Of a stretch of DNA of 64,000 nt, positions 1 through 9,732 are shown in pieces; the stretch's first letter is position 1, and the number at the start of each line of letters is the position of its first letter. Origin of the DNA: Candidatus Marinacidobacterales bacterium (GTDB lineage Bacteria; Acidobacteriota; Vicinamibacteria; Marinacidobacterales; DATDRI01). The notes below the pieces were generated by a model. It did no database searches, was not told where the DNA came from, and saw nothing but the letters and a program-made list of their open reading frames with translations. The stretch covers positions 4,736,001 through 4,800,000 of the forward strand of contig OZ245365.1 of NCBI GenBank assembly GCA_965226495.1, read 5' to 3'. The position numbers and the translations under genes were made by a program.

Positions 1-1
1 C

Positions 2-112
2 GACTACATTATTTACCCGGCAGGAGGGGCGTCCCTCTTTTTCCTGATCGGGGTGAGCCTGCTCACACCACCCTCACCCGAAGAGAAGTGGAAGCCGTTC
101 ATGAACCAATAG
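2..112 (+). CDS. C-terminal fragment of a membrane protein, probably sodium:solute symporter family (runs off window start)
   Basis: Frame 2 reads DYIIYPAGGASLFFLIGVSLLTPPSPEEKWKPFMNQ*; a hydrophobic helix followed by VSLLTPP is typical of SSS C-termini. Confidence 0.6.
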   Translation, partial: DYIIYPAGGASLFFLIGVSLLTPPSPEEKWKPFMNQ

Positions 113-132
113 AAGATTCTTAGTCCTTTAAC

Positions 133-166
133 CCCTCTCCCTCTGGGAGAGGGCCTGCGTGAGGGT
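133..166. repeat. REP-like hairpin CCCTCTCCC-tct-GGGAGAGGG ... GTGAGGG
   Basis: Perfect 9-bp intergenic stem of a widespread REP type. Confidence 0.6.
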
Positions 167-192
167 ATGAGGCTAAGGGTAGGAGGACAATC

Positions 193-969
193 ATGACATA
201 CGAAAAGATTCGCGTCGAAGCAACGGCGCCTATAGCCCGCGTCACCATGGCTTGGCCCGAAAAGCGCAACGCCCTTTCTATCCAAATGATGAGCGAGCTG
301 ACCGACGCCCTGTCCAAGGTCGGTGCCGACTCGAGCTTTCGCACCGTGATCCTGGCGGCCGAGGGCACAGTGTTCTCCGCGGGGCACTTCCTGAGTGAAA
401 TGATCGGGAAGGACATCTCCCATCAACGTCGGATCTTCCAGGCTTGCGTGGACTTGATGCAAGCGGTGCAGAAGATCCCGCAGCCGGTGATCGCCGAAGT
501 TCATGGAACCGCCACTGCCGCAGGCTGCCAGCTCGTGGCGACGTGCGACTTAGCGGTGGCCTCTGAGCAAGCGAGTTTCGCCACTCCGGGCGTGAAGATC
601 GGGCTCTTCTGTACGACGCCTATGGTTGCTCTCACGCGCGCCATCGGCAGGAAGCGCGCCCTGGAGATGCTCCTAACTGGTGAGCGTATCGACGCTCGGA
701 CGGCTGTCGAATGGGGGCTCATCAACCGAGCCGTGCCCGCGGAGCAGCTCAGAAAAGAGACCGAGGAACTGGCCCGCAAGACAACGGATGCCAGCTCTCT
801 GGTCCTATCACTCGGGAAACAGGCCTTCTACAGTCAGATCGAGCTGGAACAACCCAAAGCCTACGACTACGCCAAGGAGGTCATGAGCCTCAACGCTATG
901 GCAGCCGACGCGCAAGAAGGAATGTCGGCGTTCCTCGAAAAGAGGAAGCCGGCCTGGACGGGAAAGTAA
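193..969 (+). CDS. enoyl-CoA hydratase/isomerase (crotonase family, ECHDC3-like)
   Basis: FSAGH, PQPVIAEVHG.ATAAGCQLVATCDL, FATPGVKIGLFC, AFLEKRKPAW; RBS AGGAGG. Confidence 0.93.
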   Translation: MTYEKIRVEATAPIARVTMAWPEKRNALSIQMMSELTDALSKVGADSSFRTVILAAEGTVFSAGHFLSEMIGKDISHQRRIFQACVDLMQAVQKIPQPVIAEVHGTATAAGCQLVATCDLAVASEQASFATPGVKIGLFCTTPMVALTRAIGRKRALEMLLTGERIDARTAVEWGLINRAVPAEQLRKETEELARKTTDASSLVLSLGKQAFYSQIELEQPKAYDYAKEVMSLNAMAADAQEGMSAFLEKRKPAWTGK

Positions 970-975
970 CTCGTG

Positions 976-1059
976 CTAGCAATCAGTCATCAGTAAGCAG
1001 TAATCAGTACATCCTTACTAAGTTGTACTGTTCACCGGTTACTGTTTACTGATCACTAG
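976..1059. repeat. heptamer (AGTNAWC-like) tandem repeats forming an imperfect hairpin, copy 1
   Basis: agcaatc agtcatc agtaagc agtaatc agtac ... gtactg ttcaccg gttactg tttactg atcactag; right arm contains the GNAT stop codon. Confidence 0.85.
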
Positions 1060-1909
1060 CATCATCTGACAGTAGATTCTCCGCCGTAGTCGGCGCCTTC
1101 TCCAGCCGATAGAAGTACCGCCCCTCGGATTCGTGAAAATCAACGACCGCGTAGCGGCGCTCGAAGTAGCCTTGGAACAGCTGCCGCGTCTTCATCCGCC
1201 AGTCGATAGCCAAGTCACGGGCACGGGCCATCATCAACGTGGTATCGGCCGGGTTTTCCACCAGGATCTCGTCTTCTTCCAGATCCAGGCGGAGATCATC
1301 TTCGCAGTGGCGGAATCCGCCGCCACCCTCGCGTGTGCTATTGGCGCGAGGGAGTTCCTCCCAGCCTGAGCGCTCTGGGCGTTGCCCGTTCCTCACCGCA
1401 ACCACCCGGGGGCTATCGATCCACCATTGCACTTCGAAACGGTCGGTCGGAATCCCTCCATGGAGTGGACTCACGCTCTCCCCGTACAGATTCACGATGT
1501 ATTGGCTCGCGACCACTCCTAGTTTGACGATATTGAGCTTCGCATTCAGTGATTGAAGCGGATCGAACGTCCAGTTGATGAGTTCCATCCCCTGAGCCAG
1601 CACCCTGTCCCGTTGGGTCCACTTCAACGTCTCGCCAATCCGTTGGCCTCGATACTCGGGAAGCACTCCCATCATGTGCGAATGGTGGAAAACCTCGCCA
1701 TCCCTCCAACTTACGAGACCGCACACGAACCCGACCATTTTGTTCCCATCGAAGGCACCGATGCAGGTTCCACCGGTGTGGTGCATCACTATCAGATGCA
1801 TGGCGGGCACGAGCTCGCGATCTGGAAATTCCCAAACCTCTCGTTGCAACTCGACGCACGAGTCGTATTCGGAGAGGCTCTTGAAGTCCCGGATCTCGAT
1901 CTTCCCCAT
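1046..1909 (-). CDS. GNAT N-acyltransferase (COG3375-like, putative D-amino acid N-succinyltransferase)
   Basis: HSHMMGV.PEYRG..IG..LK..QR, WTFDPL...NA.LNI.KLG, Y..NLYG, PTDRF...W. Confidence 0.85.
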   Translation of the reverse strand: MGKIEIRDFKSLSEYDSCVELQREVWEFPDRELVPAMHLIVMHHTGGTCIGAFDGNKMVGFVCGLVSWRDGEVFHHSHMMGVLPEYRGQRIGETLKWTQRDRVLAQGMELINWTFDPLQSLNAKLNIVKLGVVASQYIVNLYGESVSPLHGGIPTDRFEVQWWIDSPRVVAVRNGQRPERSGWEELPRANSTREGGGGFRHCEDDLRLDLEEDEILVENPADTTLMMARARDLAIDWRMKTRQLFQGYFERRYAVVDFHESEGRYFYRLEKAPTTAENLLSDDASDQ

Positions 1910-1932
1910 AGTTCGCTCTTACTAGTGAATCC

Positions 1933-3411
1933 CTAAGAGGCTAGCTCTTGGCGGGCGAGTTCCATCAGTGCATCGATGTCTTTCGCCTCCCTCGGGAAAG
2001 CGGCGATACCGAAGCGAAGGGCGGGAACTATGGCGGGAAGCCCCTCGCCAACTCTAAACGGCTGACGCGCGACCGCCCGTTTGACTCGAGAAACGATCCG
2101 CCGCCCCCCGTAACGGCCGGATGCGAAGGCGATGAGCCCTACAAGCTCCTGGGAGGCTAACTCGCCCGCCACATCGACGTCCCGGAGGCTTTCCAAAGCC
2201 TGCTCCGCAACGTGCCAGAGAACTTGACGACGGAAACCGGCGCCGACGAGTTCCACGATCTGGTCCAAATCCATGATCCGGATCAAAATCAACGTTAGGG
2301 GCCTCCCGAGACGCTCGCACTTGGCGACTTCGCGCCGGAGCTCGAAATGAAAGCCTTCCTCTTCGTATATGGGAACGCCCTTGTGAATCGCCTGGGGCCG
2401 CGGGGCTCCTTCAGTCCGGAGAGGCTCCGGCGGAGGCGGGCTCACCAGCTCGCCCGCGTCGACTTCCTCGATCTCCTCCATCGTCTCGACTTCCCTGATC
2501 TCGGTGACCTCGGTGACGTCGTCGACCTCTGCGGCCGCGTCAAGCTGGCCAACCTCCTCAACCGGGCCAAGTTCGTCGGCTTTGCCAATATTGTCAGCCG
2601 CCGTGGGAAGGTTCGCCAATCGGGAGTCGGTCGGCAACAGACGCAGCGTGGTTTCCTCTTCTTCTTGAGGATGCACGACTTCTTGTTTGTCCTTTCCGTC
2701 TCCTTCTGGAGACAGCTTTTCTTCCGATGCCGTGTCCACACTTACGGCGAGTTCGGCAGGCTCATCAGGTTTCGCTATGTCTGTCGGTGCCAGCTCGGGC
2801 TCGGCTTTCTCAAGTTCGGGTTTGTCTATTTTGTCTTCCGGGCCTTCCGACTCGCTCGTCGGCTCCACCGTTTCGGAAGAAGTCAACGTCAGGCTCGCGG
2901 GTCGTTCTCCCTTTAACTTTCCCCAGAGCCGCCCCAGCCAGCCTGTTTCCTCGACTAGCTCTCCCGGCGGTGGCTCCGCGACCGGTGGCTTTACTTTCCC
3001 CGCCAGAGCTGAAGGAGTCGTATCGTGTTTCTTCGCCAGCAAGCCCAATACGACACGTTGCAGCTCCACCGGCCGGCATGGCTTGGTAAGGAAGCCGTCC
3101 GCCTTAAAGGAATGGAGTGCGTCCTTCCGATACTGCTCTTTGAGATAAACGCCGGTGATGATGACAACGAGCGTATCTTGAACCTTGGAGTCAGTCTTGA
3201 TCTGTTTGCAGAGATCGAAACCAGAAATCCCTGGTAGCAAGGCATCAAGGACGATCAGATCGGGCCGCTGCGATTCGACCTCGCTCAACACCTTCTCGGG
3301 ATCGTCCAGAGTTCGAAGCCGAGTACCGAGAGGAAGAAGACTTTCCTTCAACCCGAGCAAGTCCTTCGGGTCGTCGTCCACGATCAAAACCGTCAGATCG
3401 CCTGCTCGCAT
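1933..3411 (-). CDS. response regulator: REC domain + acidic low-complexity linker + degenerate GGDEF-like domain
   Basis: VLIVDDD, LIVLD, SGFDLC, FLTKP; C-terminal RPLTLILI..DLD and LRFGIAAFP...LMELA, with no GGDEF motif. Confidence 0.8.
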   Translation of the reverse strand: MRAGDLTVLIVDDDPKDLLGLKESLLPLGTRLRTLDDPEKVLSEVESQRPDLIVLDALLPGISGFDLCKQIKTDSKVQDTLVVIITGVYLKEQYRKDALHSFKADGFLTKPCRPVELQRVVLGLLAKKHDTTPSALAGKVKPPVAEPPPGELVEETGWLGRLWGKLKGERPASLTLTSSETVEPTSESEGPEDKIDKPELEKAEPELAPTDIAKPDEPAELAVSVDTASEEKLSPEGDGKDKQEVVHPQEEEETTLRLLPTDSRLANLPTAADNIGKADELGPVEEVGQLDAAAEVDDVTEVTEIREVETMEEIEEVDAGELVSPPPPEPLRTEGAPRPQAIHKGVPIYEEEGFHFELRREVAKCERLGRPLTLILIRIMDLDQIVELVGAGFRRQVLWHVAEQALESLRDVDVAGELASQELVGLIAFASGRYGGRRIVSRVKRAVARQPFRVGEGLPAIVPALRFGIAAFPREAKDIDALMELARQELAS

Positions 3412-3792
3412 TCACTCCCTCACGTGGAACGCTCGAGGCAATCCGAGAGAATCTGGCCTCGTGGGTCGCCGTCGGACCCGAGCCTAGCCAACACGCCCGC
3501 ACCCCGAATCCAGTGTTGTGTGTCAAGCAGATCGGCGGGAGTGATCGACATTAGCGGAAGATCTTCTAGGATGGTTCCGGCTCGGACGGCACAAACAGTG
3601 CAACTCGAGGTGGCTAATATAGATCACGGCTGGCACCCATGGCAAGACGGGTGGATGAAACGGCCAAGGCGTCAGGTCTGCGAGCAGATTTTGAATCTGC
3701 TGCGGGTGGTGCTAGTGTACCAAGCTGAGGGGGGTCTATCCCCCCATTAGGGTGTATCTTACAGACGGATCGACGATAGGGATTTTGACTAT

Positions 3793-4305
3793 ATGTCCAC
3801 TCGACTCGGATTGGCTACGATCATTTTGATCGTCCTCGCGCTGGATCAGGCCAGCAAGCTCCTGGTGAGCTCGAACATGGGTTTAGGGGAATCCATTCCC
3901 GTCATCCCCGGGCTCTTCCACCTCACCCTGGTGCGCAACAGTGGGATGGCGTTCGGTCTGTTGTCGGCCCACGCTATACCTTATAAACCGATCCTGGTGA
4001 CTCTCCTCTCCGTCGTCGCATTGGGTGCGGTGGCGGTTTACGCGATTCGGACTCCCTCCTACGAAAGGCTCAGCCACTTTGGCCTCGCCTTCATCCTGGG
4101 AGGGGCGGCGGGCAATATCATCGACCGCATCCGGCTAGGCCACGTCGTGGACTTCCTCGACGTTTTCTACCGAGGAACTCACTGGCCGGCTTTCAACGTA
4201 GCCGACGCCTCCATTTGCACGGGTGTGGGGTTGCTCTTGCTGGATACGTTGTTGCACCGTGAGCCGAAAGAGGCAGTCGCGCCATCCCGCGCACACGAGA
4301 GTTGA
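3793..4305 (+). CDS. lspA: lipoprotein signal peptidase II
   Basis: DQASK, NSGMAFG, GGAAGNIIDR, VVDF, WPAFNVAD. Confidence 0.97.
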   Translation: MSTRLGLATIILIVLALDQASKLLVSSNMGLGESIPVIPGLFHLTLVRNSGMAFGLLSAHAIPYKPILVTLLSVVALGAVAVYAIRTPSYERLSHFGLAFILGGAAGNIIDRIRLGHVVDFLDVFYRGTHWPAFNVADASICTGVGLLLLDTLLHREPKEAVAPSRAHES

Positions 4306-4339
4306 TGACCCTGATATTGCCTCCTAGACCGCAATAAAA

Positions 4340-5146
4340 ATGTATCCAAAACTCATCGATTTCGGTCAGCTCAAGCTATTCGGCCAGACATTCCAGCCGA
4401 TTCTTCATACCTACGGCTTTCTCCTCGCCGCAGGGTTTCTCATCGCGCTCCGGCTCGCGGCAACGAGAGCAAAGAAGATCGGTGTCGAGACCCGAATGAC
4501 GATGGATCTCGGCCTTTATATTCTCGTCGCGGCGCTGGTGGGAGCCAAGCTTCTCTTGCTCATTGTCGACTGGGATCATTATCGGCACGATCCATGGAGT
4601 CTTCTGCGCTCGGGCGGGATCTTCTACGGTGGTTTGGTCGCCGCGATCCTCACGGCTCTTTGGTACCTTCGCAAGCACCGCCTGCCCCCCTGGAAAATGG
4701 GAGATATCCTAGCTCCGTCCATCCCTCTCGGACACGGCATCGGAAGGTTGGGGTGTTTCGCCGCCGGTTGTTGCTACGGCAAACCCACGACGTCGTTGCT
4801 AGGAGTTACGTTCACCAACGACTATGCCCATCAAGTCGTGGGCGTGCCGCTAGGCGTTGCACTTCACCCCACCCAGCTCTATGAAGCCGGTGCCGAATTT
4901 GCGATTGCCGCTTTTCTGATGTGGCTGTCTACTAGGAAACGTTTCGACGGTCAGATATTCTGGACCTACGTTGCCCTCTATTCGGTAGCACGTTTCATCA
5001 TCGAGATGTTCCGAGGTGACCTAGGTCGAGGCTCGGTCCTCTCCGGGGCACTGTCGACATCACAGTTCATCGCCTTGATCATGTTCGGAGTCTCTCTCCT
5101 CGCCCTGTTCTTTCTCCGAAAGAGGCCTCGAGCAAAACTGGCCTAG
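4340..5146 (+). CDS. lgt: prolipoprotein diacylglyceryl transferase
   Basis: GGIFYGG, GRLGCFAAGCCYG, HPTQLYE, RFIIEMFRGD. Confidence 0.96.
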   Translation: MYPKLIDFGQLKLFGQTFQPILHTYGFLLAAGFLIALRLAATRAKKIGVETRMTMDLGLYILVAALVGAKLLLLIVDWDHYRHDPWSLLRSGGIFYGGLVAAILTALWYLRKHRLPPWKMGDILAPSIPLGHGIGRLGCFAAGCCYGKPTTSLLGVTFTNDYAHQVVGVPLGVALHPTQLYEAGAEFAIAAFLMWLSTRKRFDGQIFWTYVALYSVARFIIEMFRGDLGRGSVLSGALSTSQFIALIMFGVSLLALFFLRKRPRAKLA

Positions 5147-5147
5147 T

Positions 5148-6131
5148 TTGACCCCTGACAACTCGACCACCGCCCCCGACCGAACAATACGCTGGACGGT
5201 TGTCGCCGAAGAGGAAAACGAACGCCTCGATCGAGCCCTGCCCGCCCACGTCCGCAACGCAAGCCGGGCCCAGGCCAAGCGATGGATCGAAGACGGCTTG
5301 GTGAGTGTGGGGGGCAAACGGGTTCGTCCGTCGCACATCCTTCACAAGGGAGAAGAAGTGGTCGTCGAGTTGTTGCCACCGCGGCCCGCGGAGGCAATGC
5401 CCGAGCCGATTCCCCTTGACGTCGTATACGAGGACGACGACTTTCTCGTGGTCAACAAACCTCCCTTCTTGGTCGTTCATCCGGCACCTGGACACCGTAC
5501 AGGTACACTGGTGAATGCCTTGCTGCACCACTGTCCCAACTTGAGCGGGGTCGGGGGTGTCGCACGTCCGGGGATCGTCCATCGATTGGACCGCGGTACT
5601 TCGGGATTACTGGTAGTGGCCAAGAACGACTTCTCTCACCAGGACATTGCCCGCCAGTTCGCTCGCCGCTCGGTCGAGAAACAATACCTGGCCCTCGTCC
5701 ACGGGCGACCACCGTCTACACTTCGAATCGAAAAACCGCTCGGCCGCGACGTCCACAATCGCAAGAAGTTCTCGAGTCGCTCTCGTCGCGCCAAACCAGC
5801 CGTTACCGAGGCCACGAGGCTGGAAGTCCTCCCGCTATCGACCCTCCTGTCCGTCCGCATCGAGACCGGCCGAACACACCAGATCCGCGTCCACCTCTCG
5901 GAAGCAGGATTCTCGATCGTAGGAGACCAGGACTACGGCCGCGCGCGTCGCCCGCCCGCCGGCGCTCAGGCTGTATTCCAGATCCTCAAGGCGTTCGCTC
6001 GACCGGCGCTCCACGCCGCAGTTCTGGGTTTCCAGCACCCGCGCACCGGCGAGCCCTTGCGGTTCGAGGCGCCGCTGCCACCGGACCTTGAAGCGCTCCT
6101 GGAGCGCCTGAAAGAGTCTGAGAGAGGCTGA
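5148..6131 (+). CDS. rluD: RluA-family 23S rRNA pseudouridine synthase with S4 domain
   Basis: RLD S4 region, VNKP...VHP, GIVHRLDRGTSG, TGRTHQIRVH, GDQDYG, ALHA. Confidence 0.93.
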   Translation: MTPDNSTTAPDRTIRWTVVAEEENERLDRALPAHVRNASRAQAKRWIEDGLVSVGGKRVRPSHILHKGEEVVVELLPPRPAEAMPEPIPLDVVYEDDDFLVVNKPPFLVVHPAPGHRTGTLVNALLHHCPNLSGVGGVARPGIVHRLDRGTSGLLVVAKNDFSHQDIARQFARRSVEKQYLALVHGRPPSTLRIEKPLGRDVHNRKKFSSRSRRAKPAVTEATRLEVLPLSTLLSVRIETGRTHQIRVHLSEAGFSIVGDQDYGRARRPPAGAQAVFQILKAFARPALHAAVLGFQHPRTGEPLRFEAPLPPDLEALLERLKESERG

Positions 6132-6188
6132 GCAGGCGAGCTAAAATGTGGTTGCGGTGAGAGAGATGGAAGAGATGGACAGGCATCG

Positions 6189-8039
6189 ATGAGACGACTC
6201 ACCAATAGCTTGCTGGGCGGCTTTCTCGCTGCATTGCTCCTGACTCAAGCGCTCCTCCTCCTGAATCCCGAAGTACCACTCGGCATCACAACCGTGTGGC
6301 GAGTTTGGGGAACGCTCGCCATGACGTATGGGCTGGCGGCGGGACTTTCCTTTTGGCTCCTCTTGGTCGCGGTCGAGGCGATACGGGGTCAACCTCTGCA
6401 CGCGGCCTGGTTCTCATTCCGGCTCTTGACGTGGCTCCTGATGCTCGTCCTGGCCTTGGGCGCGCTACTGCTTTGGCACAACCTGTTCCACTTTCGCCTC
6501 TATCTCGCGGACGGAGCCATACGAGCCATTGCCGCCGCAGCAACCACACTAACCGCCGCCGCCGCCATCCTCCTCGTGCTCGGTTTGTTCCGCTACTCGT
6601 TCGGCCGACGCGGCGCCGTGATCGGTTATGCACTCGTTCTTCTTGCAATAGCAGCTTCGAGCCTCCTCCCCTTTTACTTCCGACCGCCCAGCCCGGAACG
6701 CGCCCGTGTGGTGCCGCGTCTCCCGCTCGCGGACAACCCTCTCCCTCGTCGTCTGACAGTAATCGGCATCGAGGGCGCGTCAATGTCTTACGTCCTCCCC
6801 GCGGTTGCGGCGGGGAGGCTTCCGAACTTCGCGAGACTCATCGAAGGCGGTGCGGCGGGTGCCCTCAGGACTCTCTATCCGACCGAGTCGTTGGCGATAT
6901 GGACGAGCATCGCCACCGGAAAACTGCCTCGACAGCACGGGCTCTTCGGTTTCTACCGATATCGGTTCCCCGGCGTAGAACCACTCTTCTCCCGTCTTCC
7001 GGACGGAATCTATTTGCGGTCGCTGGAACGGACCGGGCTAATGACGAGAGCGGCGGTATCATCGCAGCAACGACTCTGCCAAAGTTTCTGGAACATCCTG
7101 AGCAGCTTCGGGGTCGACTTGGGCCTCGTCCGGTGGTGGGCAACATATCCCGCCGAGAAGGTGAACGGTTTCATCGTTTCCGAGCTATTTCATCGCCAAG
7201 TGCGAGAGAGCTTCGATCCCGCGCTGCCTCGACTCACGTATCCACCGGAGCTTTTCGAAGTGTTGAAGGAATACGTCGTCTCACCGTCCGAGATCGACGA
7301 GACGCAGATCGCACGGTTCATCGACGACTCGGAGACGGTCCCCGACGACGACTTCGATTGGGAGCAGGACTTGAAGAGACGTGCGCTCGCGGACGACGCG
7401 ACGTACCACCGTATCGGTGGAATGCTCCGAGCGATGTACGACCCACAGGTTTACGGGATTTACTTTTTTGGGTTGGACGTGGTGGGACATTCCTTTATGC
7501 GCTACCACAACCCGGATGAATTCGGAGACGTCAGCGAAGCGGAGGCGAGGAAATATGGCCGAGTGGTCGACGCCTACTACAATCATCTGGACGCCATTTT
7601 GGGCGAGCACCTGCAGTCCATACGACCCAACGAGATCCTCGTCGTCATGTCCGGGCACGGAATCGAGCCGCTGCCCTTGGCACGACGCATCGTGGAGTCG
7701 GTGAAAGGGAATCCACATCGATCGGGCTACCACGATCAAGGCCCGGATGGTTTGGTTCTCTTCTACGGTCCGGGCATCGCAACCGGTGCGAAGATCCAAG
7801 GGGCTTCCGTGGTAGACATCACTCCCACTTTTCTCTACCTGATGGGGCTACCTTTAGGGCAAGACATGGATGGGGAGCTGCTGACCGGCGTTCTAGAGGA
7901 ATCGCTTGTCCGGAACCAACCGGTGGCGTTCATTTCTTCCTACCATAATTTCCTCATCGAGCCCCGGAGCAGCGAAGTGCCCTACGAATTTCCGTCTCCA
8001 CTCGACCTCCTTCCGGGAATTCTGGACGAGGGAGAATAG
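6189..8039 (+). CDS. membrane-anchored alkaline phosphatase superfamily protein (NPP/phosphodiesterase type)
   Basis: About 5 N-terminal TM helices; VIGIEG, LPNF, PTES..IWTSIATG, LDVVGH, SGHG, VDITPT.LYLMGLP. Confidence 0.8.
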   Translation: MRRLTNSLLGGFLAALLLTQALLLLNPEVPLGITTVWRVWGTLAMTYGLAAGLSFWLLLVAVEAIRGQPLHAAWFSFRLLTWLLMLVLALGALLLWHNLFHFRLYLADGAIRAIAAAATTLTAAAAILLVLGLFRYSFGRRGAVIGYALVLLAIAASSLLPFYFRPPSPERARVVPRLPLADNPLPRRLTVIGIEGASMSYVLPAVAAGRLPNFARLIEGGAAGALRTLYPTESLAIWTSIATGKLPRQHGLFGFYRYRFPGVEPLFSRLPDGIYLRSLERTGLMTRAAVSSQQRLCQSFWNILSSFGVDLGLVRWWATYPAEKVNGFIVSELFHRQVRESFDPALPRLTYPPELFEVLKEYVVSPSEIDETQIARFIDDSETVPDDDFDWEQDLKRRALADDATYHRIGGMLRAMYDPQVYGIYFFGLDVVGHSFMRYHNPDEFGDVSEAEARKYGRVVDAYYNHLDAILGEHLQSIRPNEILVVMSGHGIEPLPLARRIVESVKGNPHRSGYHDQGPDGLVLFYGPGIATGAKIQGASVVDITPTFLYLMGLPLGQDMDGELLTGVLEESLVRNQPVAFISSYHNFLIEPRSSEVPYEFPSPLDLLPGILDEGE

Positions 8040-8076
8040 CGTTTGCGGCCCGGAGGGCCGCCCGGCCGTGCCTTTT

Positions 8077-8159
8077 GGCCCGAGCGCAGCCTTGAGCCCA
8101 AGCGCAGTCGCTGCGCGACTGCGCTTGGGGCGTGGGGGTGGGGTCCCCGCGCCACTGAT
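8077..8159 (+). repeat. modular REP-like element (CAGCCTTGAGCCC head, palindrome, GGGGTGGGG hairpin + ACTGA)
   Basis: Shares modules with copies near 11.9, 26.0, 49.9 and 53.5 kb. Confidence 0.85.
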
Positions 8160-8197
8160 GGCCGCCGTGCTAGAATTGCCCGGCCTCGCACCCGGAT

Positions 8198-8746
8198 ATG
8201 CCGAATAGCAAAGTCTCCACACTGATGGACCCGGACGCGATCGCCGAGGCGATCTCCCGAGTCGCCGATGAGATCATCGCACGCGCTGGAGGCGCCGAGA
8301 AACTGGCACTTGTCGGTATCCGGAGCCGCGGCGTTCCGTTAGCCAGGCGACTCTCCAAGCTCATCGGCCCCCGCGCCGGAATCGAAATCCCGGTGGGAAT
8401 CCTCGACATCACGCTCTATCGAGACGATTTGACGGACATCGGCTCTCAGCCGCTAGTAAGGGAGACCCAACTCCCCTTCCCCATCGACGGCCAGCGCATC
8501 GTACTCGTGGACGACGTGCTGTTCACGGGTCGCACGGTAAGAGCCGCCCTCGATCAACTCATCGACTTCGGTCGACCGGAAAGGATCGAGCTCATGGTGT
8601 TGGTAGACCGGGGCGGCCGTGAGCTTCCCATCCGGGCGGATTATGTGGGTAAAGAAGTCTCGACCTCGAAACGCCAAATGGTCGATGTCCTTCTCGAAGA
8701 GGAAGATGACCGCGACGAGGTCGTCCTCACGGAGGAGGGCGGATGA
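8198..8746 (+). CDS. pyrR: bifunctional pyr regulator / uracil phosphoribosyltransferase
   Basis: [45 protein letters not shown]. Confidence 0.96.
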   Translation: MPNSKVSTLMDPDAIAEAISRVADEIIARAGGAEKLALVGIRSRGVPLARRLSKLIGPRAGIEIPVGILDITLYRDDLTDIGSQPLVRETQLPFPIDGQRIVLVDDVLFTGRTVRAALDQLIDFGRPERIELMVLVDRGGRELPIRADYVGKEVSTSKRQMVDVLLEEEDDRDEVVLTEEGG

Positions 8747-9732
8747 GGCTCGAGCGAAAGGACCTTCTCGGCATCGAAGAGCTTTCCCCCGAAGAAATCC
8801 TCCTTATCTTGGATACGGCATCCTCCTTCAAAGAGATCGCGAGCCGGCCTATCAAGAAGGTCCCGACCTTGAGGGGTCGGACGGTCGTCAACCTCTTCTT
8901 CGAGTCGAGCACCCGAACCCGAGCCTCCTTCGAAATCGCCGAGAAACGACTCTCCGCCGATAGCCTCAACTTCGGCTCTGCCGGCAGCTCCCTTTCCAAG
9001 GGAGAGAGTCTGCTCGACACCGTGCGTACGTTGGAAGCTATGGCACCCGACATTCTGATCATGCGACACGCGTCCTCGGGCGCACCGCACCTGGTCGCCC
9101 GTATATGCCAGTCGTCGGTAGTGAACGCCGGCGACGGAATGCACGAGCACCCAACGCAGGCACTGTTAGACGCCTTCACAATCAGGGAACGAAAAGAAAA
9201 ACTGGACGGGCTTCGGGTCGCGATGGTTGGCGACATCCTCCACAGTCGGGTGGCGAGATCCAATTTGTGGTTACTCAACAAGATGGGAGCAGAGGTGATA
9301 GTTTGCGGTCCGCCCGCTCTCATGCCGCCCGGCATCGAGAGGCTCGGCGCCCGCGTGGTCCGGACCCTGGACGAGGCGGTCGAGGGTGTCGACGTCGTGA
9401 TGATGCTGCGCATCCAAATGGAGCGAATGGCCGGGAACAACTTCCCCTCGGTACGCGAGTACTCCCGACTCTACGGGCTCACGTCGGAAAGGTTGGGGCG
9501 GGCCAAGCCAGATGTCATTTTGATGCATCCCGGCCCGATGAATCGCGGCGTCGAGATCGACTCGGATGTCGCGGATGGGCCTTACTCCGTGATTCTCGAT
9601 CAGGTCAGTAACGGCGTCGCGGTTCGCATGGCGGTGCTCTACCTTCTCACGGGCGCCGGTCCGGGGCGCAACGAGCCAAGTAAACGGAGTAAGAAAGAAG
9701 CGAGAGCTGAAGACGATGCGCCTTCTCGTTAA
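8743..9732 (+). CDS. pyrB: aspartate carbamoyltransferase catalytic subunit
   Basis: [42 protein letters not shown]. Confidence 0.98.
   Translation: MRLERKDLLGIEELSPEEILLILDTASSFKEIASRPIKKVPTLRGRTVVNLFFESSTRTRASFEIAEKRLSADSLNFGSAGSSLSKGESLLDTVRTLEAMAPDILIMRHASSGAPHLVARICQSSVVNAGDGMHEHPTQALLDAFTIRERKEKLDGLRVAMVGDILHSRVARSNLWLLNKMGAEVIVCGPPALMPPGIERLGARVVRTLDEAVEGVDVVMMLRIQMERMAGNNFPSVREYSRLYGLTSERLGRAKPDVILMHPGPMNRGVEIDSDVADGPYSVILDQVSNGVAVRMAVLYLLTGAGPGRNEPSKRSKKEARAEDDAPSR

Noticed and set aside
976-1059. CRISPR array (also considered at 27481 and the REP clusters)
   Set aside because: No constant 23-47 bp repeats with unique spacers, and no cas genes
6296-7519. Long alternative-frame and antisense ORFs (e.g. 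6296-7519, 19350-20393, 23877-24758, 38607-39590)
   Set aside because: Arg/Pro-rich shadow frames of real genes in high-GC DNA, with no motifs or RBS
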